The translations under genes were made by a program, and so were the position numbers. A DNA stretch of 63,427 bases, counting the filler, from Sphaeroforma arctica JP610 (taxonomy: Eukaryota): assembly GCF_001186125.1 (NCBI RefSeq). It is 6 parts of 2 records of this genome, joined end to end, with 100 filler letters (N's around TTAATTAATTAA, not from the genome) between each part and the next. Parts side by side here need not be neighbours in the genome. Positions count along the whole stretch, not along the records: positions 44,174 to 63,427 come from NW_014040533.1; 5 more parts are not named here. The stretch is one strand, 5' to 3'. Position 1 is the stretch's first letter. Each line of letters begins with the position of its first letter. Positions 48,859 through 62,869 of this stretch are shown here, one piece after another. The notes beneath the pieces are model-generated. The model saw nothing but the letters and a program-made list of their open reading frames with translations. It ran no database searches and was not told the DNA's origin.

Positions 48859-51800
48859 TTCATGCGAATTACCACCGCATTGCGATGTGCGTCCAGTTTC
48901 TCGAGTGCTGCAAGGGTCGCTACCGCAGGACCAATGCCCATCAGACCCTCTTCATTCAATTCCTAATGTTGGTGTAGCAATTGCGGGGCAAAATTGAGAC
49001 GCTAGAATTCTTCCAATGCCAATATTACAGATCACTTTTTAAAATTAGTTCCGAATTTATATTGGCACACTGTGATGCATTTAGGAATGTTATTGGGTTT
49101 TGAAATTGTAGGTATTATAGAGGTTGCACCGAAGGGCTAACTATGTGGTTGTAATCTTTGCAGGGTAGTTATTGGCGTATACACAGATAGTTCCGATCTG
49201 ATGTCGCCTAGCTAGTTGCAACAAACACGCACAGACTCTTTTCAGTTCATAGTGGTGCAGACTATAAATAGTATCCAATCATGAGACTCTACCACACTCA
49301 ACCAATACTGGAATGAACGCATGTTCTTTTAGTGCAGTGTCCACGGCGACTCATGCAACACACACAAAAGCGATTTTCGCATAGACTTTGTCAATGTAAA
49401 AAACAGCATGAAGACAAACATCCAATAAAAAAACATATGTACTCGAGGACGGTGTTGTCAAGCTTTCTATTGGTGTAATCCAAAGCGAAATAGAAGCAGC
49501 GGCCAATGAAAAAACGAGTATAGTCACGGCAAGCTACGCCAAGTAAAAAAGACCACAAATATATCAAACGACATGCACACGAGTATATTTACATATACAC
49601 ATCATAATTCTAAGTGCATGTAAATATACGCATGCATATGCACGTAAACCGATCCTAGTATGTTTATATACACTGGCTACAATATATACCCACTCAATTG
49701 TCCACGGTACACATACAGTCATACACCCACCTGCATTGTGATATAGTTCTGGAAGGTGGAAGTGCTCACACCGCTGTACATGCGTGCGTAGCCGTACGTG
49801 GGCAGCGTGTGGTTAGTGCCAGACGCATAGTCTCCGCAACTGCGCAAGAAAACGGACAAGAAGGTTATGAGAGGGTTGAGTGGGAGGGTTGAGTTTTGAG
49901 CTAATGAGATAGGAAGTTCTGTACTAGTGAGATAGGTAAACTGGATTAGCGTGGCATATATACGCAATTTTTTATTACTTGCACGTAGCCGTTGATTCTG
50001 CATGGGAGCATGACTACGACCATTGTGGAAGGCTCTGCGAAGTAATTGACTGACAAGAAGCCCTAGTCACGATTCAGTTTCCCCAATAATATGGGCAAGC
50101 GCCAGAATTGCGCCGTATGTACTCGAGGATGCCCACTAAAAACATCGAGACTCGCAAATGACAATGCACACACACGCACAACCAACGATACACACCTCTC
50201 GGGCGAGTATGGGCCTAGGAACACCGATCCGGCACACTGCACCATGGGCACGACACGGTTGTAGTCTACGATGTTGACAATCAAATGCTCGGGTGCGTAC
50301 TGGTTGCTGAACGCCATAGCGTCGGCCAAGGTGTCGACCCGAAGGGTCAGGCTCTTGGATAGGGCCACGCGGATAATGTCCTCACGCGGTAACAGGCACG
50401 TGAGACGTTCCAGATGAGCGTCTATGGCGCTGACTTGCGCATCGGTCATGTCCACAGCAACCAGGATCACCTGGCTGTCCACGCCGTGCTCGGCTTGGGA
50501 TAGCAAGTCAATGGCGACGAATTCGGCATCGGCGTTGGCGTCGCAGATGACCATCACCTCGGAAGGACCCGCAGGCATGTCTATGCTCACTGCCGCATTG
50601 GCGTCGTTCTGTGGAGAGGGCGAGTGGGATGGTTGGAGCCACGTGTGGGTTAAGTACGCGGCGTGGGAAGGAAGGATGGGCGAGCGAGAGGTGTACTGGT
50701 ATGGGAGTACTTTAGGCGAGTTCTGAAACCCTAAACCCTTGGAGGTTCGGGGATAGGGTTTAGGGTTGATAGCGCATGTGGTGAGTGAAGGGGATGTACC
50801 TGGACATACAGGCTGTGGATGGAGTGAGCGAGACAGACGCTTGTCGTACAACTGTCAGAGTGCAAAACATATACCGATGTGCAGGGATATACGCACAGAT
50901 ATGCCATTCAAGCCGGGTTCGCGATATCTTTCGAACAGATAAAGACAAAAAATGTAAGTGTTACTGTCAGTAGCTGCTATATACTTTTAAAGGTACATTT
51001 TCATAGTACCAAGCGCACGGCCGCTGACAATGCTTCTGTGTTTGAAAGACGCACGCACATGCACCCGCACAACAAAACACATACTGACTTGGCCAAACAT
51101 CTCGGCGCAGTCACAAAGAAATGATTGACCGCTCTGCAGTTGTTGTCACACTTTCCGCAAAAGGTACAGGTGTGTAGTAGACACACAGGCATGCATTTGT
51201 ACTGGGATACTCACACAGGCATGCATTTGTACTGGGATACTCACAACTAGGCATGCTACTTGTTGTACGTCGGGACTACTTCCAACTAGAGTACGTGTAC
51301 GCCTACTTTAGGTAACGTTACGGGTACGTTAACTTANNNNNNNNNNNNNNNNNNNNAACTAACGGACGAACTAGCGATGTGTACTGGGAGTACTCACACA
51401 GGCATGCATGTAGTACTGGGATACTCACACAGGCATGCATTGTACTGGGATATCACACAGGCATGCATGTGTACTGGGATACTCACACAGGCATGCATGT
51501 GTACTGGGATACTCACACAGGCATGCATTTGTACTGGGATACTCACACAGGCATGCATTTGTACTGGGATACTCACACAGGCATGCATTTGTACTGGGAT
51601 ACACCTGATTTGTAGAGGCGACTTTACTCTGAAGCAGATACAAACTGATTGTCTGCCCGCTGATCCGGGCCATCCTCGTTGATAATGAAACACACACATA
51701 TACGTACGTACAAATAGTCACACATACTGACCTGAACCGACATCTTCAACAGTTACTAACTGTTCTATATATTGCAATTTTTGGCACTCTTCCCATCGGT

Positions 51801-54800
51801 ACAGAAACAGAGAGGTGCATGCACTTACAGATTCACATATTGACCCACACAAACACCCTGGACGCAGCTACAAACTGGTTAACTAGGCCGCACACCTCTA
51901 TAGGTCATTCTCAGCCCAAATCACACACACACACACACCACACATAACTAACCTGGACAAACATTTTGGCAGCAGTTACAAACTGATTGCCTGGGCCGCA
52001 AATTTTGTCCACTTTTGGGACTGAGGCGGTGCCGTATGACATAGCCGCAACGGCCTGGGCCCCACCCGCCAACAGGATCTTCTGTGCTCCAACCTAGGAA
52101 AGTGCAGCAAGTAAACGGAAGGGAGGATACAATTAGGGATAGACGGCTACTATGCAGAGAAAAAATATTAAAAAAATGCCGAATTCGGGAAGTACACACT
52201 CGATACTAGAAGAAATCCTGCTGCGGTGATTAGGAAAGTGAACAAGGAATCGAGGAAGATACAAGCCCATACGACACGAGAAGAATGAACAACACAGTTG
52301 CCGACACTCTTTACAAGTGGCACAAAACACTTGCAACTGTCCTTCAACTCAAGAGTACACGGTGACAGCGTCGGACTGAATGAGAGCTCATAGCAACCAT
52401 GTGCCACTCATTTCCGGTCAAAGCCTCAACACACCACAGATCACCCCACCTCCCGGATGGACATCACATGAAACGAACACGCAGTTGGGCTGGCATAGAT
52501 AAACACGCCAGACAGTCGGACACAACTATAGCGCTATAAGAAGCACACGCCCTTGTGAACGACAGGTTTTAACCGAGGGGTCTATACGATACCTTTTGCG
52601 CAATGTACAGGATCTCATGGGGCACTCCGCCGTCCATCGTGGGTGGGGTGGCAAAGACAATGGTGGAGCACCCGGCCACCATAGCAGGCACACCCTGTGA
52701 CGTTTGCAAGCGGGGGAGTAATCTATTAATAGAACGTGTGGATACGGAGCAATGTTATATCCCGTAGTTGGGACGCGGTTGGTTGATGAGTCAGGCACGA
52801 TCAACGGCTGTACTAGGCGGTGGGGGGGATGCAACGGCAAAGCAGAACGGGCCTTTGTGACAGAGAGAGACTAAACGATACATGTGAATGTAGTCAATGT
52901 ATTGCATACGACGGCGGGAAGAGCTGCCACCATAGCAGGCACACCCAATGCAACAGGTGCAGGGGCGAATGTACTAGATCTATTAATAGAATAGACTAAT
53001 GTGTAGGTATGCCTTGCAATGGCCTTGAAGTAGACACGATGGTGCAGCAGGGCCGATGTCTTGGGGATCATTTATGACTGTTGATGAATGCACAGAGTCG
53101 TGGAGGACTGTACCCAAACTGACGGTGTAGTTTCTGCGTCAGTAGGTTGTAGTGGAAATACATACATAGGTAGATTGTAGTGGAAATTCATACATAGGTA
53201 GGTTGTAGTGGAAATACATACATAGGTAGGTTGTAGTGGAAATACATACATAGGTAGGTTGTAGTGGAAATACATACATAGGTAGGTTGTAGTAGAAATA
53301 CATAAATAGGTAGGTTGTAGTGGAAATACATACATAGGTAGGTTGTAGTGGAAATACATACATAGGTAGGTTGTAGTGGAAATACATACCAGCATTAGTG
53401 CTGTAGATGGCAGCACAGCGGTGCCTCCAGGGACGTACAGACCAACGCGTTGAATAGGGCGGCTGTAGCGTGAGCATTGTACGCCCTTTTGAGTCTGTGG
53501 GAGAATATGGGGTACTGAGTGCGTGAGTATATGCATTATGTTCAACAGATAGATGTACGTGTGGGATCATATTTGTTGTATTTTGGGTCTGTGAGAGTAT
53601 AGGGCATAGGCGTGCTGGGGTATATGCATTATATTTAACAGATAGATGTATGTGTGGGATCATATCTTGGAAGGGTGTTAAACGTGTGTATAACGTTATT
53701 GGTTGTTTTGGGCAACTTCCGAAGGATATACGGGTATGAAATACAGAAAGTGCACGAGCGTGTGCGGTATTGTTACAAACACATGAACGCGTATAAACGC
53801 ATTTGTTGTTACTGGGCGTGTGCCGCACAATCGAATCTTTTAACGCGTGCACGTGCAAGAGCAGTCACATGGCGTAGAGGTGTACCAAAGTACCCACAAA
53901 ACTGCCATAAAAGGGAATCTCGACACACACACACGAAACCCATTAATGCTGGTGAGGGCCGAAGCAATGGCATGCGGAACTAGGACGCACATACATCTCT
54001 ACGTTTGCAATTCAGGCGCTATGCGGAATACAGATGCGAGTATACAAGCACCAATTTGCCGGTACACATGCAGATACACTGTGCCTCTATCGACAGTGGC
54101 ATCCTCGAGATGAGTGAGACATAGATGAGTAAGACATACAGATGAGTGAGACATAGATAAAGAGAATGATGGAGAAGGACAGCCTGGACTCATACACAGG
54201 CACACATACGCTTGCAAGTCACGGCATGCAGCAGTACGTGCAAATACAGTACAGATGAAGATACCCACAGACATACACCTGCGGGTCATAGTATGCATAT
54301 GTGCGTACAGGTACATACACGCCTACAGATGAAGGTGCATCTATATGCGCAGTAGTGCGCACACACGTGACTCTGCCGACAATGAAACCTCCCAAACTTG
54401 AACCACGTGATGTCTGCGAACACTGTTGAAGAAAACCAATTGCTAACCAAACCTATACGTCCGCATAAACATACACATCCACATACAGACAGAGACACCC
54501 ATACAAGCACACACAGGGACACACATACAAGCCACGACACCTACGTAGAAATACACATACACATACAAATACCCATACACCAGCAGACACGCCTTGTATG
54601 TACACAAATACACATCCACATACCTCTACCGACAATGGTGCCTCCGAAACCTGGGCGGCGTGGAACTTCTGGATATTGTTGAAAGCCAGATCAATCGCAT
54701 CCCGAACTTCGGGGTCCAGTTTTGGCGCGGGAGTGGAGGCGACATCGATGACAGGCGAAGCGAGTGTTACTTTGTCAAACTTGGCGGTCAGCTCCAGAAG

Positions 54801-57800
54801 GGCCGTATCACCACGCTTGCTGTTGCGGTGCAAATATGGGAGGTAGGAAAAATGAGAGGCAAAATATAGTAGGTAGCTTTGGCAACCACAGGGACACATG
54901 AGGATCTACAACAAAACGCAGGAAAGAATGTGCCACACCTGTACACGTAATACAGGATGCGCGAAACTATATACTGAGCATGTATTTACAAACCACAAGA
55001 CCATGGGCAGTGCGGAGAATTGGGACTAAACTGAAACAAACATGTATCAATGATGAACCCTTCCCACGACATCACATGAGGCTTGCAATAGATGATTGAA
55101 GGTAGAACAATGCAACTGCATACATACATCAATACCTACACCGACCCTTGTTTATTTACATACACACACACACACATATATATATATAATGCACTCGATA
55201 GCTCACACCCCGGAATGAACATCCGATTTACACAAGCACTCTCTACGAATCCAACACAGCACTCGGAACATACCCACAGCTAGAAACATGCGTATTTCCT
55301 ATACGCATCCCTGAACATATCCACACATACATGCATACATCCACACACACATATATACGTAAATAAATAAATATATACGTATATATGTACATAATAAAGC
55401 TAAGCTCACAAGCCTTACCGAACATCGTCAATGATGGTTGCACAGGCCTTCTTCACGAACTCAGACTCGGACTGCGCCGGGCGCTTGCACAGATCCGCAA
55501 CAGCGTCTTCTGATAGGCCTTGCAGCACGTGCTGTTGCAATTGGATCTCCGCTTTGGCATCTGTGGTGGTATCTGCGGCATTCGTGGCGGGTTCTTTCTT
55601 GGCTGGGGCTACAAATAGGTCGATCACGCGTGTATGAGTAAACCACCGAACAGATATGTAAATATAAACAATATACAAATGTAGATACATATAACGTGCA
55701 CTCTCAAGATGTAACCGTATGCGCAAGACACTCCTCAGACAAACATTGATCGGTGGTGACGGGGGGTATGAGTGAACCAACGAACAGATATACAAATACA
55801 AATGCATAGTACGTACACTCTCAAGCTGTAACCGTATGCGCAAGAGATACACCGCAGACATACCTTGCTCGGTGGTGACGGGGGTTAGAGGCACCTTGGC
55901 ATTACCGGGTCTGCGCGTTAGCTTGAGGTGACGGCGTGCCAGGTGAGCCTCTACGTCTCTCAGCTCAACGTTCTCAGCCGCACACTTGACCATTGCGAAG
56001 TAGAACAAGTCCGCCGCCTCCCAGCAGATCTGTGGGATAGGGGGTATGTGGTGAGGGGTAGGTGGGGTGGTTAGTCGTTGAGGTACTTTTAGGTAGATGT
56101 ACATGGTGATGATTACGATAGAAGGTATGGTATTCGGAAGGTTTATGGTGCAATGACAGTTTGTAGGGTATAGGGTATATGCCGATGTTGGATAGAACGT
56201 ATGGTGTTGATGAGGGTTATGGTAAAAGGACAGGGTTGTAGGATATATAGTATACGATGGTGCTGGTGATGAATATAGTAATCGTGAGGCTTGTATATAG
56301 TACGGTAGATATATAGGGTATGGGGTGTATGACGATGCAGGTTAGAGAGTATGGTATTCACGAGTTTGTGGTGCTTCGTTGACAGGTAATGAGCATAAGA
56401 TAATCCCTTATTAGACACATTATAACTACACTTATATATGTATATATAAATTTATAGGTATACATATGCGGATGGATATACAAAGATAAACATACGTCAA
56501 TATCACATAGACATGAAGAACAAAAACAATCATACGTGTGAAATTATATATATATATATATATACCATCATAATCTATACGCATACACATACCTCGTCTT
56601 TCTTTGTAGCATCGCACAGTTCCCCAGCCTCTTCAACTATTTTGGCGTGGAGCAAGGCCCTGTCCTTAAACAGCCTGTTTGTGTAACTCTTCTCGTCTGT
56701 GTTCAGATTCTCCTTTCGTGACTTGATACTCCGTTCTAACTCGGATAGACCAAACTGTTGGCCAAAACACGATCTGAAAGTATAAACCAAAAACAGGTGC
56801 AGCAAAAAGGGATTAAGTACTGGGTATATGCAAGTACCGAACTGATTGCAAAGTGTCGCAATTCTCAGTACGCCGTTCACCAGCTGCCACTTACAACAAA
56901 CAACCCCTGGGACCCAATACATACAGGGAGGCCAAAGGACTATCGAGCAGTCATCGATTGAAGACTAGTCCGAAAGCAACACGGGTGTAGATGCCAATGA
57001 ACATCTAATGTATTATACAGGCGCCATGGAACCCTGAATATGAATACGTCCACGATCTACAAAACAATCGATGCTATGAGGTCGATCACGCAGCGTTTGC
57101 AAACGGTATGGCGGCCATCACCGGTTTCAGTCGCATATATTAATATATATATATATATATACATACATACACATAGAATATATATATATATATATATAAA
57201 TACATGCAGACATTGCATAGACGTACATACCTCGTCTCCAGGTGACAGAAGCCTGTGCCGGCTTGCTTGACCACAAAGCGCAGACTATCGTTGTCACAGT
57301 CGGCGTATATAGAGATCAGGTGCTGCACTGCCCCGGATGTCTCGCCCTTGTACCACAGTCCTCGCTTACGGGACTGGTACACACCTCTCATAGTATTGAC
57401 GGATTCAGCGATACTGTACAAACAAGAAGGGCGTGTTAGGATGAATTAGGCATACCCGTAATATCCACGTGATTCAGGGAGACTAGAGCGACTAGCAACA
57501 ATATACGTATCTGTATATTCCTTTGGAAAACTATATTTAAACTATTACACCAAATGCTATATAGGAAGTGCACAACTCAGCTACACACACACGGTAACAC
57601 ATACCCTACCTTTCCTTACTAGAATAGACTAGACCCAGCGCAATGCCGAACTCGTCTACCACCACTGTGGCGAATAGGCCATCCTGTCGGTCACTCACCA
57701 ACGGCGCCGCAATGGCAGCGCCCAGCGACAGCTCTGCGGAGAATAGGGTGATTGGTACCTATGTGGAAGAAAGCCAATCGGGTACATAAACCAAGTTTAC

Positions 57801-60800
57801 ATCAGTCTATGGATACTACTATGTAAATATAGGGCAATAAATGCTTAGAATATACGTTAGAAGATTTTGTGGATACTGGGTACTCCAACTGCTATCAGAA
57901 TAAGTGGCGTAATTCGTACAAACGTATATGCCTCGCATATGATGAAGCTATGGAAGAAATATGAATGGACAATACGTACAGTGACAGCGTGCAGCAAAAA
58001 CAGATATATATATGTATATATACGCGTATATGTATATGTCAATGTATATGAATACATACATACATATTCATATACACATACATAGACAATATATATATAT
58101 TATGAAGCCATGCAGGATTAGTGCACGACCGTAAGCTGCATTATGCTTCAACCATACAGCCTTACACATGAGTGTGTATGTATGCGAAACGCTGTTGCGA
58201 AGTGGTGTAAGGTCTAACGAAAGCAAGCTAGCTCATGTCACGAAGGAAAGACTACTTGGCAATGAGTATAATACGCTTGCCGAAGACGTTCAAGCATACA
58301 TGCTCACACAACCGGCGTGTACTTATACTTGTAGACACCTCTGAGCGCCACAACGGGACGTATGTGTGTGAGAACGTCCTGTCATACACTAGTACAAAAA
58401 ATTACATATTACTTCTAAACAATACAAATTACTACTAAGCATGGTACATTACTACTAAGCATGGCACATTACTACTAAACAATACACACTACAACTAAAC
58501 ATTACACGTTATTACTAAACATTACACACTACTACTAAACATTACACACTACTACTAAACATTACACACCAATACTAAACATTACACACTACTACTAAAC
58601 ATTCCACACTACTACTACTACTAAGCATTACACACTACTACTACTACTAAACATTCCACACTACTACTAAACATTACACACTACTACTACGACTAAACAA
58701 TATACACTACTACTACAACTAAACATTACACGTTATTACTAAACAGTACACACTTCTACTAGACATTACACACTACTTCTAAACATTACACACTACTACT
58801 AAACATTACACACCACTACTAAACATTACACACTACTACTAAACATTACGCACTACGACTACAACTAAACATTACACTACTACTAAACACTTTGCATCAG
58901 AAAAACAGGACCTCAGTAAGAACTACATCGTTGTGTGCGCCCTTCCACTCTCAAAAGCGTCAAAAAGAGACCCACATGCATGCATACACCGCATAGTGGC
59001 ATGAACCGCAATGAAAAGACCTAATTGTATGTGTACGGCTCATTGTGTAGCAGTATATACACCAACATTCTTCGATAATACAAAGCACAAGTATACACAT
59101 ACACATATACATATACGTACACATACACATATACATGTACATATACGTACAGTTGTGCGTAAGTGTCAACGGTCTCTCCGTACCTGTACTTGGTAGCCAT
59201 GCAGTGATACCTCCGTGATATAGTCTGCTGTCAGGGTGTGGGGTGCATCCACACACACGCAGCACTCAGACGACTTCGACAACGCCTTCAGACGCGCATC
59301 AAGTGCGGCTGCAGAATATAGGGACGTTATTGAGTGACTGTGGCACATCTTCACACAGAAGTATAGGGTACCGTACGGATTTTGGGGTACGTACGCGTGT
59401 AGTTATGCAAGGGATCGTCTATGAACAAATCAGGCCTAGACTGCACGCAGACATGCATGCAAGGATGTGATGTCTTGAAACCACACTGATATTCTGGCGC
59501 CCGGGGGGGGGGTGGGTAAGGGGAGAACCCGAACGTAGAAGGTAACGAATACACACACTCGGTGTTTGCAATATAGGCGCAACCCCCCCCCCACACACAA
59601 AGAGAGCTGGTGCAATGATAAACTAATCAGCTAATAACATACCGGCGATAGGGGCGTGAAATAAGAGAGTACCGAACTTGGCCAGGTTGTCGTCACTAAT
59701 TTTATCCATAGCCGACTGTTTTCGAAGAATATGTACAGTATATATACGTGAGTATATTGGTATGTGTAGATATACGCAGGTGTATATAATGTAGTATGTG
59801 TAATTGTAATAGACAACTGAATGGTTGTTTACATTTACAGGATCACGCACTGCCATCAGCGACAATATATATATATATATATATAAACACACAGACACAC
59901 AACTTATACACAGGCACACAGGCAGAGACATATACATATATACATACAGACAACAGTCGCGCACGAGAAAAAACCGCAAAACACTGGTACCTTAACCGCA
60001 GTTGCAACTACCACACAAACTGTGATACCCACCGCAACTCAACAACAAATACTTTTAATCTCTACAGTGAAACGACAGAAGAAAAAAAATTCGAGCAATC
60101 ACATACTCACGAGGCTGCTCAACACCATACTTACAAACCGAACCAAACAAACGTCAAAAATACAAAACGTATCTACTCTACAGGCCCCTCCGGGACTATA
60201 CACCACGTGTGAAGCAAGTGAGAGTATCTATAAATAACCAAATACCTACCTCACTGAGCTCCAAGGCCAGCCTCTCACGCGGGATGTCTGTGAGGGCATC
60301 CAGGTTCATGGCCTGGGTGAGAACTACCTGGTTGACACCGCCGTCTAACAGTCGCACTACACTCTGTACATCGCTGATGGGACCCTTGACTCGCAATACG
60401 CTTGAAGTAGCCCTGGGTGAGCCGGTGGGGGTAGTGATTCGGTGTGTATTATGAGGGAGATTGTACGCATTGATACAGGCTAATGAATTAGCGGGGCATA
60501 TGGTGACTACTGAACATAGGACAATACACATGCTTTGGTGATATAGTTACAGGCGTGCATTATATATATATAAATAAATATATATATATATATATAAATA
60601 AATATATATATATATATATATATGTATATGTATACACACACACACTAACACACACACATATATATAAATATATACATACACAAACGCACACAAATAGATA
60701 CATATACATACACATGAATAAGTATATAACACATACACACGCCCATATATATAGGCATATATATATATATATAATATTTATATCTATATATATATATACT

Positions 60801-61655
60801 TATATATACAAATATTTAGTTCAGGGAATATTCAGTGGGGATAAATACGTATATGACACATGATATATATGATATATATATATATACATACATATATACA
60901 TACAAACATATATATATATATATACGTATATATATATATATACACGTATATATATTTATATGCATAAAACTACTTATATAGATATGGTTTCTTCATCTTT
61001 ATATATATAGATATATAAATATGTTTATAAATACACATATACATACGTGCATACACAAACACACACAGACACTATACATATACACCCACATATATATATA
61101 TATATATAAATATATATATATACATATGTAAATAGATNNNNNNNNNNNNNNNNNNNNTAATATATCAACACGCACATACACACTCACACAGACACAGACA
61201 CAGACACAGACACAACATATATTTATATATATATATATATATGTGGTATATATATATAAATGGTAAAAAAAATATGTCTACACAAATGTACGTAAATATT
61301 AATCACATCACAGGCGCCACTGTACCTAATCTTATATTTTTCTTTGCAAAACGCGCAACGTTTGGTCGTGCAGGACTCGTATGTCATTCCTTACAATATA
61401 CAGATAAAATATTGTTTGAAGTTGTACAGGCAGCAAAACATAGTTCAAACCCCCCCGTTCTATATGTGATTCATATAAAAAGACGGAGTTTGGTACGCAC
61501 TTTGCTAGCTCGAAGACCTGGGGGATACTCTCTTCATCCACATCTAATGCCAGGTGGCCTGTAACTCCGTATTTCTTGACTATTTCTGCAATAGTTTGGT
61601 CATTAGGAATGCCCGTGAAGTTCGAGTTTCGTATGGTAATACAAGGCACTATCAT
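48837..61655 (-). CDS. HIS4: Trifunctional histidine biosynthesis protein (PR-AMP cyclohydrolase / PR-ATP pyrophosphatase / histidinol dehydrogenase), 16 exons
   Basis: Phase-consistent exons 61655-61501, 60412-60250, 59715-59643, 59308-59184, 57758-57610, 57413-57231, 56773-56593, 56029-55864, 55608-55419, 54819-54624, 53494-53390, 52694-52593, 52093-51953, 50608-50196, 49839-49731, 48962-48837. HisI motifs [32 protein letters not shown] and DCDNDSL..GFCH. HisE motifs [22 protein letters not shown]. HisD motifs [49 protein letters not shown] and [13 protein letters not shown]. Confidence 0.96.
51185..51603. repeat. 30-bp intronic minisatellite (interrupted by a gap)
   Basis: Unit ACTCACACAGGCATGCATTTGTACTGGGAT. 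Confidence 0.9.
53141..53389. repeat. 28-bp minisatellite (~9 copies) starting exactly at a HIS4 5' splice site
   Basis: Minus-strand unit GTATGTATTTCCACTACAACCTACCTAT. The first unit begins at the donor after exon 53494-53390. Confidence 0.92.
58420..58890. repeat. ~20-bp intronic minisatellite (ACTACTACTAAACATTACAC)
   Basis: Read directly; the number of internal ACT units varies between copies. Confidence 0.9.
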
Positions 61656-62869
61656 CTTCGCGAATTGCGAGTATTATCGATGCACTTCTATAATTGTAGA
61701 TAAACTACAAAGTCTCCGGACACAATCCGGTGGTTATGGTACTAAATATGTAGAAATATGAACTACTAGTAGATGTATATATCGATATACACCACCATAT
61801 ATTTACATACGGCACCTACAAATATGTAAAAATCTATTTACAAAACAATACATCAATCATGCACGCCATCATGATGGAACGAATACTCTTCTAATAATTG
61901 CGATGATATCAGCCACCCAATGGGCAGCAACAGGGCCCTGACGTAGGCAGCAACAGGGCCCTGACGTAGTATGGCAGGAGGGAGACACGGACACGCCCAG
62001 TCTGGGGCTGACACTCCAACTCTCCCAGAACTTAGAAGTCCACACTCCACAGTCCCTGAGTCCACGAGACCCTTTTTCTTGAAATGAAATTTTACAGGTC
62101 TATAGCAAGGCCGTGGGCGACTCAGCCCTCAGGGCTCAGGGCCAGGCACGCGAAACGTCAAGGCATCCATCACCACGACATGAATATTGAATGGGTCACA
62201 AAGATGTCAAAGTCCTGTCCATCCCAATTCTGTACCAAATTCAGTAATTTTATGGTATGTACATATCCCGAAAACAGCCTCTGGACGACTCTCAGGCCTC
62301 CGCTGCCATACTATTTAAAAACCAACAATAATATTTTAATCATCAGAAATAGGTATTATGAATACTCATAGCCTCCTAAATTATACATTCTCCCGATTAC
62401 ACAAATTAGGTCTTAAAATCCGTATTGATAATCGTTTTATGAAAGCAGCCGCATTTTAAAATATATTTTGGTATTTGTAGCTCTAAACTTTCAATTGGAC
62501 CAAAATTAGGGTGCAAACCGAACCTTAAAATTCATACCCCCAAGAAACGCATATCATCCATCGGTCAAACCCACGCCGATTTTTGCCACAGATAGCTAAA
62601 TTGTCTGTCTGTGAGAGTGTGGGTCACAGCGGGAACTGGGAGTCACGGGGGATTTTCTGTAAACAGAACGCTTTCCAAATTTTAGAAACGTATTGTATGA
62701 CTGTATGCATGTACGCATATTGTTGGTTACTGAACCTAAAATAAGTGTATCAACCATAGTCTATTTATCTGTACTGTATAATACACCTGCTATATACATA
62801 CATCCATAGGGATACATATACACACAGTACACATAAATAGGCCCCTGAAGATTAGTCAGCACAACCACG
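61656..62869. promoter_or_regulatory. Divergent promoter region shared by HIS4 and leucyl-tRNA synthetase
   Basis: Head-to-head ATGs 1.2 kb apart, a duplicated GGCAGCAACAGGGCCCTGACGTAG at ~61923-61968, and TGCCACAGATAG at 62584. Confidence 0.5.

Noticed and set aside
51240..51376. Odd ACGT-rich sequence flanking a small gap
   Set aside because: Looks like low-quality read ends degrading the 30-bp repeat; a likely sequencing artefact.
53072..53858. Repetitive Cys/Tyr-rich ORFs (also 51377-51721 and 46923-47174)
   Set aside because: Translations of minisatellites; only the embedded HIS4 exon is real coding sequence.
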